64,000 bases of DNA from NCBI GenBank assembly GCA_004297205.1, contig SCUL01000002.1:188594-252593 (forward strand), written 5' to 3'. Within the stretch, counting starts at the first letter, position 1. Every line of letters starts with the position of its first letter. The notes beneath the pieces are model-generated. The model worked only from the letters and a program-made list of their open reading frames with translations, was not told the origin of the DNA and did not search any database. The position numbers were made by a program, and so were the translations under genes. The DNA comes from Patescibacteria group bacterium (GTDB lineage: Bacteria > Patescibacteriota > Patescibacteriia > 2-12-FULL-57-11). Positions 9,731-22,475 of the stretch are shown in pieces.

Positions 9731-9891
9731 ATTTTTTTGTAAAATGTGCGTTTTTTCTGAACATGCGTGTTCAGAAGTAAAAACAGCACTTATATTCCGG
9801 ATCATAATATCACACTCCCATTGAGGCTTGTCGTTATGCAAAGTCGTGCTGTGTATAACTGACCTGCAGAAAAAAAGAGGAGCCGAGCTCC

Positions 9892-11679
9892 CTACGGAGT
9901 CGGCTCGCCGGCTTCCTCGTCCTCGACGTCTTCCTCGTCGTCGTCTTCGATCCCGCCGTGGCGGGACCGCGGACGCGGGGCCGTGCGGCGGAGCATGGTC
10001 TCGATGAGGTCGCAGTCGACCGCCCGCACGCCCGTCGCCGGACAGCGCGCTGCCGCGTAGGCGCGGCAACGGTCCCGCCAGCCGGCGGGCCGCGGGCGGC
10101 TGCCGAGCGCAGCCATGCAGGCCGCGCCGTGGGCGTTCACCTCCGCCACCCGCGGGTCGGGCGGCGGAAGCGGGACGGGACGCACGACCGGAGGTGCGAC
10201 GGCGCGACGGGTGGACGCGTCCGGATGGACGATGCCCGCGTCACGCGGCGCGGCGACGGCCACGACCGTGACAGTGCCGGCGTCAGGCCGACGGGCCACG
10301 GCAGCACCGCTGAGCGGAGCGGCTGCATCCGCTGCAGCGCGGACGCTCCGCGGATGTTCCGCGCCGGCCGCCGCCGCGTTCGACGCGACTCTGGCGTCGA
10401 TCGCCGCGGCGACGATCGCCACGGCAGCACCGATGCCCGACAAGAGGATCAGCAGCCAGGCCCAGACGGGCAGGCGGCGCATCGGCAGGGACGGCGGATC
10501 GGTGGAGATCAGCCGCTGGTCCACCGCGCCCGACCGCTTGCGCTCGGTCTTCTTGGCCGTATCGAGGGGATCCTCGGCGGTCTTGCGCGACAGGAGCGGC
10601 AGGGGCGCGGACCCCGTGACCGAGCCGAACGGCGCAGTCACGGCCCGCGGCGGCACCACGTCGAGCGGCACGCGCGGCGGCGTCAGGTCGACGCGCGACA
10701 GCGGGGTCAACTCCTGCGCATCCACCGACGGACGGACCGACGCGTTGAGGCGCGCCCCGGTGGCATGGGCCAGCCCGTCGCGGAACTGGCGGACGGTCGG
10801 CCGGTCGGCCGGATCCTTAGCCAGGCAGCCCATGACGAGCTCGTTGAGCAGGTCGGTGATGCCCGGCATGCGGTGCTTGAGCGGCACCGGCTGCTCGATG
10901 ATGACGCGCACCAGGTAGCTGTGCGCGGTGTCGAGCTCCTGCTCCTCGATCGGCATGCGGCCGCTGAGGAGCTCGTAGGCCATCACGCCCAGGGCGTAGA
11001 CGTCGACCTTGACGGTCAGCGCCCGTTCGCCCGCAGCTTGCTCCGGCGCCATGTACGGCGGCGTTCCCATGACCTCGTCGCGGTCCGCGAGCGTGACCTT
11101 GGCGACGTGCTGGTCCTGGAAGCAGCCGATGCCCCAGTCCGTGATCAGCACCTGGGTCACGCCCGGGTGCGTCTCGACGAACACGTTCGACGGCTTGATG
11201 TCGCGGTGGATGATGCCCTTCTCGTGGGCGTCGATCAGCCCGGCGCAGACCTGGCTGATGTAGATGATGGCCTGCTCGAACGGGATGCGTCCGTTGCTCC
11301 CCGCGTCGCGCAGCTCGTCCATCATCTCCTCGAGCGTCTTGCCCCGCACCAGCTTCATCACGACGAACGGTATCCCGTTGAAGGGCGGCAGCTTGGCCAC
11401 CCCGGACTCGAACACCTGCACGATGTTGGGGTGCTCGAGCTTCATCATGATGTCGGCTTCGCGCTGGAAGCGCGCCACCGCCTCGGCCACCTGGCCGAGA
11501 TCGGTGTTCAGCAGCTTCACGGCCCGCACGGGATGACCCGGCGTCGGCACGGTGGCATAGACGCGACTCATGCCACCGGTTCCGAGAAGCCGCCCCAAGG
11601 TGATGTGATCGTTGATCACGGCACCCAGATACGGATCTTTGTCCGGCGTCAGCGGCGCCGGCGGCATGCTTTTGCTCAT
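9892..11679 (-). CDS. Hanks-type Ser/Thr protein kinase, single TM, 4-Cys C-terminal domain
   Basis: LGTGGMS, AVK, HRDIKPSN, DWG, GTPPYMAPE, DVYALG; GGAGG SD before ATG 11679. Confidence 0.93.
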   Translation of the reverse strand: MSKSMPPAPLTPDKDPYLGAVINDHITLGRLLGTGGMSRVYATVPTPGHPVRAVKLLNTDLGQVAEAVARFQREADIMMKLEHPNIVQVFESGVAKLPPFNGIPFVVMKLVRGKTLEEMMDELRDAGSNGRIPFEQAIIYISQVCAGLIDAHEKGIIHRDIKPSNVFVETHPGVTQVLITDWGIGCFQDQHVAKVTLADRDEVMGTPPYMAPEQAAGERALTVKVDVYALGVMAYELLSGRMPIEEQELDTAHSYLVRVIIEQPVPLKHRMPGITDLLNELVMGCLAKDPADRPTVRQFRDGLAHATGARLNASVRPSVDAQELTPLSRVDLTPPRVPLDVVPPRAVTAPFGSVTGSAPLPLLSRKTAEDPLDTAKKTERKRSGAVDQRLISTDPPSLPMRRLPVWAWLLILLSGIGAAVAIVAAAIDARVASNAAAAGAEHPRSVRAAADAAAPLSGAAVARRPDAGTVTVVAVAAPRDAGIVHPDASTRRAVAPPVVRPVPLPPPDPRVAEVNAHGAACMAALGSRPRPAGWRDRCRAYAAARCPATGVRAVDCDLIETMLRRTAPRPRSRHGGIEDDDEEDVEDEEAGEPTP

Positions 11680-11827
11680 TGTCAGAGACCTCCACCTCCC
11701 GTCAGACAAAGGGACGGGCGGGTTGCCCGCACACTTGCATGGAAAATCGGGGTCGTCAACCCCGTTCTGGAATAAAAAATGGGGACGATCCGGGAGCCCA
11801 TGAAGGCTCTCCCGAATCGTCCCGCAC

Positions 11828-13402
<1,575 letters not shown>

Positions 13403-13584
13403 GTCAGACCTCGCTCGTAAGAACATCCTGGAGACACGATGCCGGCGATTGCCGCCGGTACCGCCCCAGGAACCGCGCAACATACGCGGTTTCTGCCGCT
13501 TTGTCAAGCCGGCACAGGCACCGGCCTGAACAAAACGACCAGCGGAGTACCGCCGGTCTTTTCTACGAATTCCTTGGGATTTTG

Positions 13585-14877
13585 TTACGTCCAAGGCGGA
13601 TCCTGGCGTACCAGGACCTGTGGTGCGCGGAGCGGGTCGGCCATCAGCTCCTTTACGACTTTTTCCATGCGCGCGCCCTGGGAGCCCTTCACCAGGAGGA
13701 CGTCGCCGATTTTGATCTGGCCCTGGAGCCACTTTCCAGCCTCCTCCGGCGTGGCGAATTGTTGAACCGCCTCCGCAGCCATGCCGGCATCCCGCGCGCC
13801 GCGGGCGATGTCGCGCGCGCGCTCCCCGGCCGTGACCAGCAGATCAACGCCGCGGTCGTGCGTCTCCGCGCCGAGGTCTTTGTGAAGCTGCTCGCTGGTC
13901 GGCCCCAGTTCCAACATGTCGCCGAGCACGGCGATGCGCCGATCGTCCTCGTCCAGCTCGATCGCGGCGAGCGTGCGCAGCGCTTCGCTGGCCGCAAGCG
14001 GCGAAGAATTGTACGTGTCGTCGATGAGCGTGGTGTATTTGATGCCGGGAATGACGCGCATCCGTCCGGGCGGCGGCACGTAGGTGTCGAGTCCTTCCAC
14101 GCAATCGAGCACGTTCATGCCGAGCCGCATGCCGACGGCCACCGCGGCGAGCGCGGACCCCGCGGCCGGCGCGCTGATGGCTTCGCGCAAAAAGACCGGG
14201 ACGATCTGCCCCTGCCATGAAATCTTGAAGGTCATGCCGGTGACGGCGATGCCGTCGGAGCCGCGCGGCCGGTCGAGCTTGGGTTCGAGCGCCACGGCCC
14301 GCAGATCGGCCTCCGGTGCCAGCCCGTAGGTCACCGCAGGACACGCCGCTTTGGCGCGGGCGGCCGCGGCGCGGGGCACGTCGGCGTTGATGACGGCCAA
14401 GCCGTCGGCCGGAAGTGCCGCGATCATCTGCTCCTTTTCGGCGGCGTACTCGCCGAAAGAGGAAAACTGCGAAAGGTGGGCCGGCGAAATCGCCGTCAGG
14501 ACGCCGATCCTGGGCTGGACCACGGCCAGGTGCCGCGCCATGTCGCCCGGCCGGTCGACCCCCAGCTCCAGCACCAGAATTTCCGGGTAGGCGCCGCGGA
14601 ACAGCAGGACGCCGAACCCGCGCAGCACGACGCCGATCCAGCCGAGCGGATTCCGCCCGGGCGAATCCACGCCGATGATCGTGAGCGGCAGGCCGAACTC
14701 CGTGTTGTAGTTCTTGCGGCTGCGGCGCACCCGGAACCGGTGGCTCAACACGGCAAAGACGGCGTCTTTGGTGGACGTTTTGCCGACGGAACCGGTGATA
14801 CCGACCACTGCGGGCTGGTATTTGGCGACGATCCGCGCGGCAAGCCAGGTCAGGAGCGAGACAAGAAGCGACTTCAT
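13585..14877 (-). CDS. murF: UDP-N-acetylmuramoyl-tripeptide--D-alanyl-D-alanine ligase
   Basis: GITGSVGKTSTK, NTEFGLPLT, DDTYNSSP, LGDMLELG, LVKGS. Confidence 0.93.
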   Translation of the reverse strand: MKSLLVSLLTWLAARIVAKYQPAVVGITGSVGKTSTKDAVFAVLSHRFRVRRSRKNYNTEFGLPLTIIGVDSPGRNPLGWIGVVLRGFGVLLFRGAYPEILVLELGVDRPGDMARHLAVVQPRIGVLTAISPAHLSQFSSFGEYAAEKEQMIAALPADGLAVINADVPRAAAARAKAACPAVTYGLAPEADLRAVALEPKLDRPRGSDGIAVTGMTFKISWQGQIVPVFLREAISAPAAGSALAAVAVGMRLGMNVLDCVEGLDTYVPPPGRMRVIPGIKYTTLIDDTYNSSPLAASEALRTLAAIELDEDDRRIAVLGDMLELGPTSEQLHKDLGAETHDRGVDLLVTAGERARDIARGARDAGMAAEAVQQFATPEEAGKWLQGQIKIGDVLLVKGSQGARMEKVVKELMADPLRAPQVLVRQDPPWT

Positions 14878-14886
14878 GCAGCCATT

Positions 14887-16647
14887 CTACCTTCTTCCGG
14901 GAGGGACGCCAAAGTATTGGAGGAGGAATGCCGCCATCTCGCCGAAGACCGGGGCGGCCGTGGCTTCGGCGAAGGCGGTCGTTTGGGGGCGGTCGACGCG
15001 CACCAACATCACGAATTTGGGGTCGTCAACCGGGGCGTAGCCGACGAACGAGCCGATCGTGGCCTGGGCTTCGTAGCCCGGCCCGTCGGCGCGGGCGATC
15101 TGGGCAGTGCCGGTTTTGCCGGCCACGCGGTATCCCTCCACGCCCGCTTTTTTGCCGTGGCCGTTCTCGACCACGGACACGAGCATGCCGCCCATGAGGG
15201 TCGCCGTGCGCTCGCTCACCACCTGCCGGACCGGCGTCGGCGCCACCGAACGGCTGGCGCCGTCCGGGGAGCGCACTTCGGACACGACGTGCGGTTGCAT
15301 CATCAATCCGCCGTTGGCCAGCGCACCGTACGCCTGGAGCATCTGGATCGGCGTCACCGTGACGCCCTGCCCGTAGGAGGCGGTGGCGGCGTAAATCTCG
15401 CCGCGCTTGTCGAGCGAGGACAAATCCCAGCCGCGCTCGCCGGAAATTTCGATGCCGGTGGGATCGTCAAAGCCGAAATTCTTCAGGTAGTCCCGGAAGC
15501 GGTCCAACCCGATGCGCTCCTGCGCGAAAATTGCGCCGGTGTTCAGCGACTCCTCCAGCACCGTGGTCATGTCGACAACGCCGTGGGCCTTGCCGTCGCT
15601 GTTCTTGACCGTGAAGGGTCCGTACTTCACCGAACCTTCGTCCGTGTACGTCGTCCGCGGCCCGATCTTGCCCTCGTTCATCGACGCGGCCAGGGTGACC
15701 GGCTTCATGATCGAGCCGGGCTCCCAGGCGCCGGAAACGGCGGGGTTGGAGAAGACGTTGATGTCACGCACTTCGTTGTAGGTGTTGGGGTCGTAATCCG
15801 GTTCCGAACACATGGCGAGGATGGCGCCGGTCTTCGGATCCATGATCAGCACCTGGCCGCTGGCGGCGCCGTTGCGGCGCACGGCTTCCTTGATCTTCTG
15901 GCAGGCGAAGTACTGGATGGTGCGGTCGATGGTCAGAACGACCGTATCCCCGTCTTTTGCCGGCACGAACTCGCGGTCGGTGACGGTGATCCAGCGGCCG
16001 CCGGAGTCCTTTTCCGCGCGCAGCACGCCGGGCGAACCGGCCAGCTCCGCGTCCCACTTCCCTTCCAAGCCGTAGCGGCCTTTGCGCGCGCCGGTGTCAT
16101 CCCAGCCCAGGAAACCGAGCAGGTGCCCGCCGATGCCCGCTTCCGGATAGACGCGCGCCTTCTCCGGCGCAAAGGCGATGCCCGGCAGCTTCAGGGCGCG
16201 CACCTGGTCGGCCACGGCGTCGGAGGCGTAGTGCAGCAGCGGTTCGTAGGGATCGTCCTTCTTGGAGAGGATGGGCAACAGTTCTTCCGGCGGGCGGTTG
16301 ATGAGCGGCGAGAGCGCCGCCGCCGTCTTGGAGGGATCGTCGATGGTGCGCGTGTCGGCGTAAATCAAGGTGAGCTGCTGATTGGTCGCCGCCGGATAGT
16401 ATTTGTCCTCGAAACGGTCCTTGAGCAGGATGTCGCCGCGTTCCGGAAAGAGCTGCGTGAACAGGTCGTGCTGGCCGCTGGCGAGCGCCTCGTAAAAACC
16501 GTGCTCGACGATCTGCAAAACGAGGAGTCGGAGCACGAGGAACGCCGCGGCCGCCGCCAGGGCGTAACGGAAGATCATGAAGCGCGTCAGCGGACCGCGC
16601 CGCTGGGCGCTGCGCTCGCGGTGGGTGGTGCGGGCGATGCGGATCAT
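14887..16647 (-). CDS. Class B penicillin-binding protein (FtsI/PBP2-like)
   Basis: ERGDI, EPGSIMK (SxxK), SLN (SxN), KTGTAQ. Confidence 0.93.
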   Translation of the reverse strand: MIRIARTTHRERSAQRRGPLTRFMIFRYALAAAAAFLVLRLLVLQIVEHGFYEALASGQHDLFTQLFPERGDILLKDRFEDKYYPAATNQQLTLIYADTRTIDDPSKTAAALSPLINRPPEELLPILSKKDDPYEPLLHYASDAVADQVRALKLPGIAFAPEKARVYPEAGIGGHLLGFLGWDDTGARKGRYGLEGKWDAELAGSPGVLRAEKDSGGRWITVTDREFVPAKDGDTVVLTIDRTIQYFACQKIKEAVRRNGAASGQVLIMDPKTGAILAMCSEPDYDPNTYNEVRDINVFSNPAVSGAWEPGSIMKPVTLAASMNEGKIGPRTTYTDEGSVKYGPFTVKNSDGKAHGVVDMTTVLEESLNTGAIFAQERIGLDRFRDYLKNFGFDDPTGIEISGERGWDLSSLDKRGEIYAATASYGQGVTVTPIQMLQAYGALANGGLMMQPHVVSEVRSPDGASRSVAPTPVRQVVSERTATLMGGMLVSVVENGHGKKAGVEGYRVAGKTGTAQIARADGPGYEAQATIGSFVGYAPVDDPKFVMLVRVDRPQTTAFAEATAAPVFGEMAAFLLQYFGVPPGRR

Positions 16648-17723
16648 GAGGCGCGGAAATCGTAGAGCAGGCCGGGGCCGAGCGGATCACGACCGGCGTC
16701 GACTTCGGCGCCGTCCATGACGCCGTCGCCGTCGGTGTCCGGGTTGCGTGGGTCGCTGCCGTAGAAACCTTCAAGAACATCCGGCAGGCCGTCGTTGTCC
16801 TGGTCGGTGTCGTCGCCTTGAGGCGTCGAGGTCGCGGAACCGCCGGCGAGCGTCAAGCCCGAGACGGTGGAGCTGGATGCTGTGATCCGGCCGCCTGTCG
16901 CCGCCGACGAGGGCCGCAGCCGCTCGTTCGAAAGAAAGACGCCAGGCGGCACCACTTGGTCGACACGGGCCGAAAACGTCATTTGAATCCGCGCGCCCTC
17001 ATGTGGTTCCACGGGACCAAAAACGAGATGGTCGATCCGGAAGCTAAAGGGGTTGACGTATGCACTTCCTTCAAACATGTTCGGCGACGCCGGAGGGAGC
17101 TCTTCACTGAAGCCAACGACGCCGAGGAACGAGCGCAGCGCTGCCTGGTCGATGCGGACGGGAATCCGCCATTCATCGTCGCCGTAATAGAAGGTCCGCT
17201 TGGGTATGCCCGTGGTACGAATGATGCGTGACTTCACGAAAAGATCGACGAGCTCGTCGCGGGCGGCGGCGTTGCGGATGAGCGAGGCCCAGGCCACCGG
17301 TCCGGTCGAGGAAGGCGTAACCTGGGAAGCCTGCCACGGACCCCGTCCGCACCGCGCATACGCGTTGTCGCCGATCACGACGAATGTCGAACTCGCGATC
17401 GACCGGCCATTCAATAAGGAAATCGTTCCTTCGGTGGCCGGGCCACCCGTGCGGCCGACGGCGGTCGTCACGGGCACATACACACGACAGGAAGGATACC
17501 CGCCGCAGTAGTCGTTGGGCAGACGGCACGCGCTCACGGCCCATGACGGAAAACTATCGAGGTATTGGGAAAAGATGACGCCGACCGGATCTTCCATGGC
17601 CGTCTTCCGCATCGATTCCTCGAGCGAAGGAAAACGGAAAAAGGACATCGCGGCCCACACGAGCATGGCTGCCGCCGCGACGATGAAGGCGAGCGCGGAA
17701 ATGATGATGATCAGCTTTTTCAT
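16644..17723 (-). CDS. Membrane-anchored protein with C-terminal TSP3-like Ca-binding repeats
   Basis: N-terminal TM; DTDQDNDGLPD..E, GSDPRNPDTDGDGVMDGAE. Confidence 0.75.
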   Translation of the reverse strand: MKKLIIIISALAFIVAAAAMLVWAAMSFFRFPSLEESMRKTAMEDPVGVIFSQYLDSFPSWAVSACRLPNDYCGGYPSCRVYVPVTTAVGRTGGPATEGTISLLNGRSIASSTFVVIGDNAYARCGRGPWQASQVTPSSTGPVAWASLIRNAAARDELVDLFVKSRIIRTTGIPKRTFYYGDDEWRIPVRIDQAALRSFLGVVGFSEELPPASPNMFEGSAYVNPFSFRIDHLVFGPVEPHEGARIQMTFSARVDQVVPPGVFLSNERLRPSSAATGGRITASSSTVSGLTLAGGSATSTPQGDDTDQDNDGLPDVLEGFYGSDPRNPDTDGDGVMDGAEVDAGRDPLGPGLLYDFRAS

Positions 17724-18937
17724 GACAGGTACTTCTTCCCGCTGAGACGTTCAGGCAGATTCGAGGGCTTCTTCTGCTCGCCCTGCTTCCCGAGCGGCTG
17801 GACGTTGCGCAGATGCAGCGGCACCGGGTCGTTCTGTTGTTCGGCGATATCGCGCTTCACGGCGGCATAGGCGCTGTCGATGGCCCGCGACTTCGGCGCC
17901 CGGGCCAAGTATGCCACGCACTGCGCCAGATTGACGTTGCACTCCGGCATGCCGATCTTGTGCGCCGCTTCATACGCCGCAATCGCTTGCACCAGCGCCT
18001 GCGGATCGGCCAGGCCGATATCCTCCGATGCGAAACGGATCAGCCGTCGCGCCACGTAGAGTGGATCCTCCCCCGCCTCGAGCATCCGGCCGAGCCAGTA
18101 GATCGCGGCATCGGGATCCGAGGCGCGCATCGTCTTGTGGAGCGCGCTGATGATGTTGAAATGCTCCTCTCCGGTTTTGTCGTAGAGGAGGTGCGTCTTT
18201 TGAACGGCGGCCGATACCTCGGCCAATCCCAATTCTACCACACCGGCATCCTTCTTTTTGGCCGACGTCACGGCGATTTCCAGCATGGAGAGCGCCGTGC
18301 GGGCGTCGCCGTTGGCGATATGCGCCAGGTAGTCGAGCGCCTCGTCCGTGAGCCGCACGTCGAAGCCTGCAAGCCCGCGGTCCTTGTCGGCCAGGGCGCG
18401 CTCCAGGAGTGCCCGCAGGTCTTCTGTTGCCAGCATCTCCAAAAGGAACACCCGGCAGCGCGAGAGCAAGGCGGCGTTCACGGAGAAACTCGGATTTTCC
18501 GTGGTCGCGCCGATCAACGTCACCGTCCCGTCCTCGACGTAGGGCAACAGCGCGTCTTGCTGCGCTTTGTTCCAGCGGTGGATTTCGTCCACGAACAAAA
18601 TCGTTCGCAGGCTGAACAGCTTGCGGCGCTCCGTGGCTTCCGCCACGACTTTTTTGAGGTCGGCGATGCCGGAGGCCACGGCCGAGAGCGGCACGAAGGT
18701 CGACTTGGTGAGCTTGGCGATGATGCGGGCCAGCGTGGTCTTGCCGGAGCCGGGCGGACCCCACAAAAGCATCGACGGCGTCTGGTCGGCTTCGATCAAG
18801 ACACGGATGGGCGCCCCCGGGCCGACGAGTTGGCGCTGGCCCACAAGCTCGTCCAAGGTCCGCGGCCGCATGCGGTCGGCCAAAGGCGCGGTTCTTGCCG
18901 TGTCCTTTTGCAATTTGTGATCAAACAAGTCGGCCAT
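17720..18937 (-). CDS. rarA: Replication-associated recombination protein A (MgsA/RarA)
   Basis: [38 protein letters not shown]. Confidence 0.95.
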   Translation of the reverse strand: MADLFDHKLQKDTARTAPLADRMRPRTLDELVGQRQLVGPGAPIRVLIEADQTPSMLLWGPPGSGKTTLARIIAKLTKSTFVPLSAVASGIADLKKVVAEATERRKLFSLRTILFVDEIHRWNKAQQDALLPYVEDGTVTLIGATTENPSFSVNAALLSRCRVFLLEMLATEDLRALLERALADKDRGLAGFDVRLTDEALDYLAHIANGDARTALSMLEIAVTSAKKKDAGVVELGLAEVSAAVQKTHLLYDKTGEEHFNIISALHKTMRASDPDAAIYWLGRMLEAGEDPLYVARRLIRFASEDIGLADPQALVQAIAAYEAAHKIGMPECNVNLAQCVAYLARAPKSRAIDSAYAAVKRDIAEQQNDPVPLHLRNVQPLGKQGEQKKPSNLPERLSGKKYLS

Positions 18938-18985
18938 AGCTTCCTGAGAGTACGCCGCCTCTAGAAAAGAAAAAAGCCGGCGGGA

Positions 18986-19471
18986 TCAGCGCAGGCGCTC
19001 GAGCATCGGCCAGTGGACGCGTTGGCAGTTCTGCTCCGTGAGGTCCTGCCGCGACAGCCAACCGATACGCACGATCTCTCCGACCGCTGCAGCCGGGACC
19101 GGGTCGTGGTCGCGACGAGGTCCGAGGAGGCTGCCGGCGTGCACGCGAATGCGGGCGTGGCAGTACCGTCGCTCCCCGCCGTCGATGTCGTAGAAGCGCA
19201 CGAAGGCTTCGTAGATCGGCCGCTCAGACAAGACGGCGCGGTAGCCCGTTTCTTCCATGAGCTCGCGATGAATGCCGGCCAGCATGTCCTCACCCTGCTC
19301 AATGCCGCCGCCGGGCAACTCCCAGATCGGGCGCCACGCCGGCTGCACCATCAGGATCAGGCCGTCGTGTTCGCGGATGAACGCATACCCCGACGGGCGT
19401 TCGTGTATGGCCACATCCGGCGGCTTCTGATGCTTCTCGCCATGTCGGTCTATGAAAATGTTCTCCGACAA
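18986..19471 (-). CDS. NUDIX hydrolase
   Basis: ELPGGGIEQGE...RELMEETG Nudix box; TTG start after GGAGG. Confidence 0.88.
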   Translation of the reverse strand: MSENIFIDRHGEKHQKPPDVAIHERPSGYAFIREHDGLILMVQPAWRPIWELPGGGIEQGEDMLAGIHRELMEETGYRAVLSERPIYEAFVRFYDIDGGERRYCHARIRVHAGSLLGPRRDHDPVPAAAVGEIVRIGWLSRQDLTEQNCQRVHWPMLERLR

Positions 19472-19525
19472 AGTTTCCTCCTGGCCGGAATGTGCACGAC
19501 GAAGCGGTTCCTGTCAATCCGTCCG

Positions 19526-19921
19526 CTATTTGTTGGCTTCGCCGAACGCTTCGTCCTCCGCATCCGCGTCCGCATCGGCTTTCGTGACATGGACGCGACC
19601 GTCGATGTGGTTCGGCGGCACGTAGACGGTGTACAGCTTGAGCGGTTCGCTGCCGGTGTTCCGGAAGTTATGCCGGACGCCCGGCGTCACCACGACGACG
19701 TCGCCGGCCGAAAGCGGCCGCGTCTCGCCGTTCAAAACGGCTTCGCCCTTTCCGGAGACGAAGAACAGCGTCTGTTCGACGTGGGCATGCGTCTCTTCTC
19801 CGATCTCGCCGCCGGCCGGAATGTTCATGAGCACGAGCTGGCTCTTGGGGCCCGTGAACAGCACCGTCCGGAAATTCGAATTCGACATCGTTTGATCGAG
19901 CAGGTGTGTGAAGTAGGACAT
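19526..19921 (-). CDS. Cupin domain protein
   Basis: GEETH..VEQ, PGVRHN, KLYTVYVPPNH. Confidence 0.9.
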   Translation of the reverse strand: MSYFTHLLDQTMSNSNFRTVLFTGPKSQLVLMNIPAGGEIGEETHAHVEQTLFFVSGKGEAVLNGETRPLSAGDVVVVTPGVRHNFRNTGSEPLKLYTVYVPPNHIDGRVHVTKADADADAEDEAFGEANK

Positions 19922-19937
19922 ACCTGGAAAGTATATC

Positions 19938-20630
19938 CTACTTCCCGAATTTCCGGGTGCGGTTGGCGTACTCCGCGAGCGCCGCGTCCAAATCCTGTTC
20001 GGAGAAATCCGGCCAGAGCGTCGGGGTGAAGTAAAACTCGCTGTAGGCCGCGCCCCACAACAGGAAGCCGGACAGGCGCTTCTGGTCCGCCGTGCGGATA
20101 ATCATGTCCGGGTCCGGCGTCTCCGGCTCGTACAAGAAGTTTCGGAAAGACTCCTCGGTCAGCGACTCCGGCGCGGCGCCTGCGGCAATCGCCTTCTTGG
20201 CTGCGTCAACAATCTCGGCCCGGCCGCCGTAGTTCATGGCGAGCCGCAGCGTGATCTTGTCGTTCTTGGCAGTGCGCGCTTCGGCGGCGTCGATGGCTCG
20301 CACGATGGACGGCGCCAGCCGTTCGCGTCGGCCGATGATCTTGAGCCGGATGCCGCGCTTGTCGAACTCCCCCACCTCGCGGGTCAAGGCGCCTTCGAGC
20401 AGGTCCATCAGATAGGCGACCTCTTCGGGTGGCCGGTCCCAGTTCTCCGTGGAAAAAACGAAGGCCGTGATGACCGGTATGCGGCGGGCGATGCACCAGT
20501 CGCCGAACTCCTTGAGCCGGTCGTAGCCGCGGCGGTGACCTTCCAAGGTCGGCAGCCCCCGGGCGCGGGCCCAGGTGCGGTTGCCGTCCAGAATGATGCC
20601 GAGGTGGGTAAGCGGTGCGGGGCTTGGCAT
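19938..20630 (-). CDS. uppS: Undecaprenyl diphosphate synthase
   Basis: ILDGNRTWA, FSTENW, NYGGR, PDMIIRT, RLSGFLLW. Confidence 0.95.
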   Translation of the reverse strand: MPSPAPLTHLGIILDGNRTWARARGLPTLEGHRRGYDRLKEFGDWCIARRIPVITAFVFSTENWDRPPEEVAYLMDLLEGALTREVGEFDKRGIRLKIIGRRERLAPSIVRAIDAAEARTAKNDKITLRLAMNYGGRAEIVDAAKKAIAAGAAPESLTEESFRNFLYEPETPDPDMIIRTADQKRLSGFLLWGAAYSEFYFTPTLWPDFSEQDLDAALAEYANRTRKFGK

Positions 20631-20673
20631 AGGCGGAAAGGCATATTATACTCACCCCGATCAGAAATCGAGT

Positions 20674-20746
<73 letters not shown>

Positions 20747-20763
20747 CTCGGCAGCTGATCAGC

Positions 20764-20790
20764 AAAACCCGCCATCTGGCGGGTTTTTGT
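20764..20790 (+). terminator. Rho-independent terminator after tRNA-Pro
   Basis: AAAACCCGCC-ATCT-GGCGGGTTTTT. Confidence 0.8.
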
Positions 20791-20912
20791 TATCATAAGG
20801 GCGTATGCCCAAGACAATAAGCGGCGATGCGTGAGAGCTCCCTCAAAAGCCGGCCGTTCTGCTGGCGCTGATCGTTGCCGTCCGGCGGCCGGACATCTCA
20901 ATGATACATGAT

Positions 20913-22475
20913 CTAAACGTGCTGTAAGCTCGTCATATACAGACGCTTTACATACTCTGAGAACATGTACGTGATGCCTTCCGGTTTCCTACGTTCTCCA
21001 ATATTCGTGATTGGTGGATAACCGCTATGCGCATAGACCGCCAGCCGCGGAGCAACAGATTCCGGCACAACGCGCCGGAATTCAGCGTAGACGCGAGACG
21101 CATGTGCCGAGTTAGCAGTGACAAGAACGTTCAGCGATCTCCCTTTTATTTTTGCCAGCGCTTCGAGACGTCTTGCGACGAAACGAGCATTCCCTTCCGT
21201 GTCTACGGATTGCTCGTCGGGAATTAAAATATCGAACGGAACAACCGGAGGGAAATCTCCCAACGGCTTAAGCCCGGGCATTCCTTTGAATTTTTGATCG
21301 TATGTGTCAACCAACAGAGCAGCGATGGTTTCATCCGCCTCGCTAAACTGTGCCCGAGCCCCGCCATCCTCTTTGACGTCATGGGGTTGCTGCTTCCCCG
21401 CCGGAATTGCAAAGGCTTCAGGAAACGCATTCAGTGGTTCGCGAGCAAAATAGCCCTGGAGTCCGCCCTCATAGGACGCAAGAACGACGACAGCATCGAC
21501 GCTCCCCCACTTCTCTTTGATGTCTTCAAGTGAGTTCGCCTTCCCGGGGTGATTCTCGGGAAGCGATAAGTTTTCCATTGAACGTTCAAGAAGATCGCTC
21601 AGTTTTATATTTTCTTTCTCTGACGGATGAGCACCGTAGAGTTCGTCGAGTTCTTTGTACATCGCAACCCGTTCTTTGTTGTGAACAGCGTTATCAAGAA
21701 TCTTTGCAGAAAGTTCTCGGGCTCGATCCTGGTCGGCCGGAGAAAGCGATGCATTGAGTTTCTCAATGACAAAGGCAGCAAAAATATCCGACACGGAAAG
21801 TCGGCTCGGCCGCTCCGGATATGCCAAACTGTTTTTCGGATGATGAAATTTTTCTTCTTTCAGCAACAGACCGAGGTCTCTTGCCTCCGGAAAGAGTGAT
21901 TCGTAATCAATAGGAGCACCGCCATTCAAAGCATTGAAAATCGCACCGAAATCCGGATCTCTTATAGAGAGGCTGTAATCGGCCCAATCTCTTTTGTTTT
22001 TGACGACGCCGGCTTGATCGAGCGCCGGCCCCACCCTTTGCCAAAAACCGCTCTCCCGTAAGAGATCTGAAAATGTTTCAAACCGAAAACCGTATTTTTC
22101 AATATATGCATCGCGCTGATCGGCCGGATTGACGTGATCAATGTATGTGAGTTTGCAGATCGGCCTCTGATGAGGCACATCGACCACTGTGTCAAAACGA
22201 TCGTCAATAACCTTGCGACACCACTCCTGTTTTTCCTCACGAGCATCGGGGCCGAACTTTTTTAAAATACTTTCCGCTTCACGATTTGCCACTTCATCTT
22301 CCTGATCCCTTTCAAGACGCTCGATGAGGGGCTTGATCGTTCCAAGAAGCGAATCAAGAGATTCAAGTTGTAATGCAAGGGTCGCTTCGTCGGAAGTCTC
22401 GTCAAAAAAAATTTCCGCCCGGACTGAAGCGTTTTCCACTATCTTTTGAAGTTCTTGAGACGGGCGCTCTCTCAT
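20913..22475 (-). CDS. Low-GC hypothetical protein with C-terminal DUF218/YdcF-like domain
   Basis: DAVVVL, SVDTEGNA, VLVTANSAHASR resemble YdcF motifs; markedly AT-richer than flanks; start uncertain. Confidence 0.65.
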   Translation of the reverse strand: MRERPSQELQKIVENASVRAEIFFDETSDEATLALQLESLDSLLGTIKPLIERLERDQEDEVANREAESILKKFGPDAREEKQEWCRKVIDDRFDTVVDVPHQRPICKLTYIDHVNPADQRDAYIEKYGFRFETFSDLLRESGFWQRVGPALDQAGVVKNKRDWADYSLSIRDPDFGAIFNALNGGAPIDYESLFPEARDLGLLLKEEKFHHPKNSLAYPERPSRLSVSDIFAAFVIEKLNASLSPADQDRARELSAKILDNAVHNKERVAMYKELDELYGAHPSEKENIKLSDLLERSMENLSLPENHPGKANSLEDIKEKWGSVDAVVVLASYEGGLQGYFAREPLNAFPEAFAIPAGKQQPHDVKEDGGARAQFSEADETIAALLVDTYDQKFKGMPGLKPLGDFPPVVPFDILIPDEQSVDTEGNARFVARRLEALAKIKGRSLNVLVTANSAHASRVYAEFRRVVPESVAPRLAVYAHSGYPPITNIGERRKPEGITYMFSEYVKRLYMTSLQHV

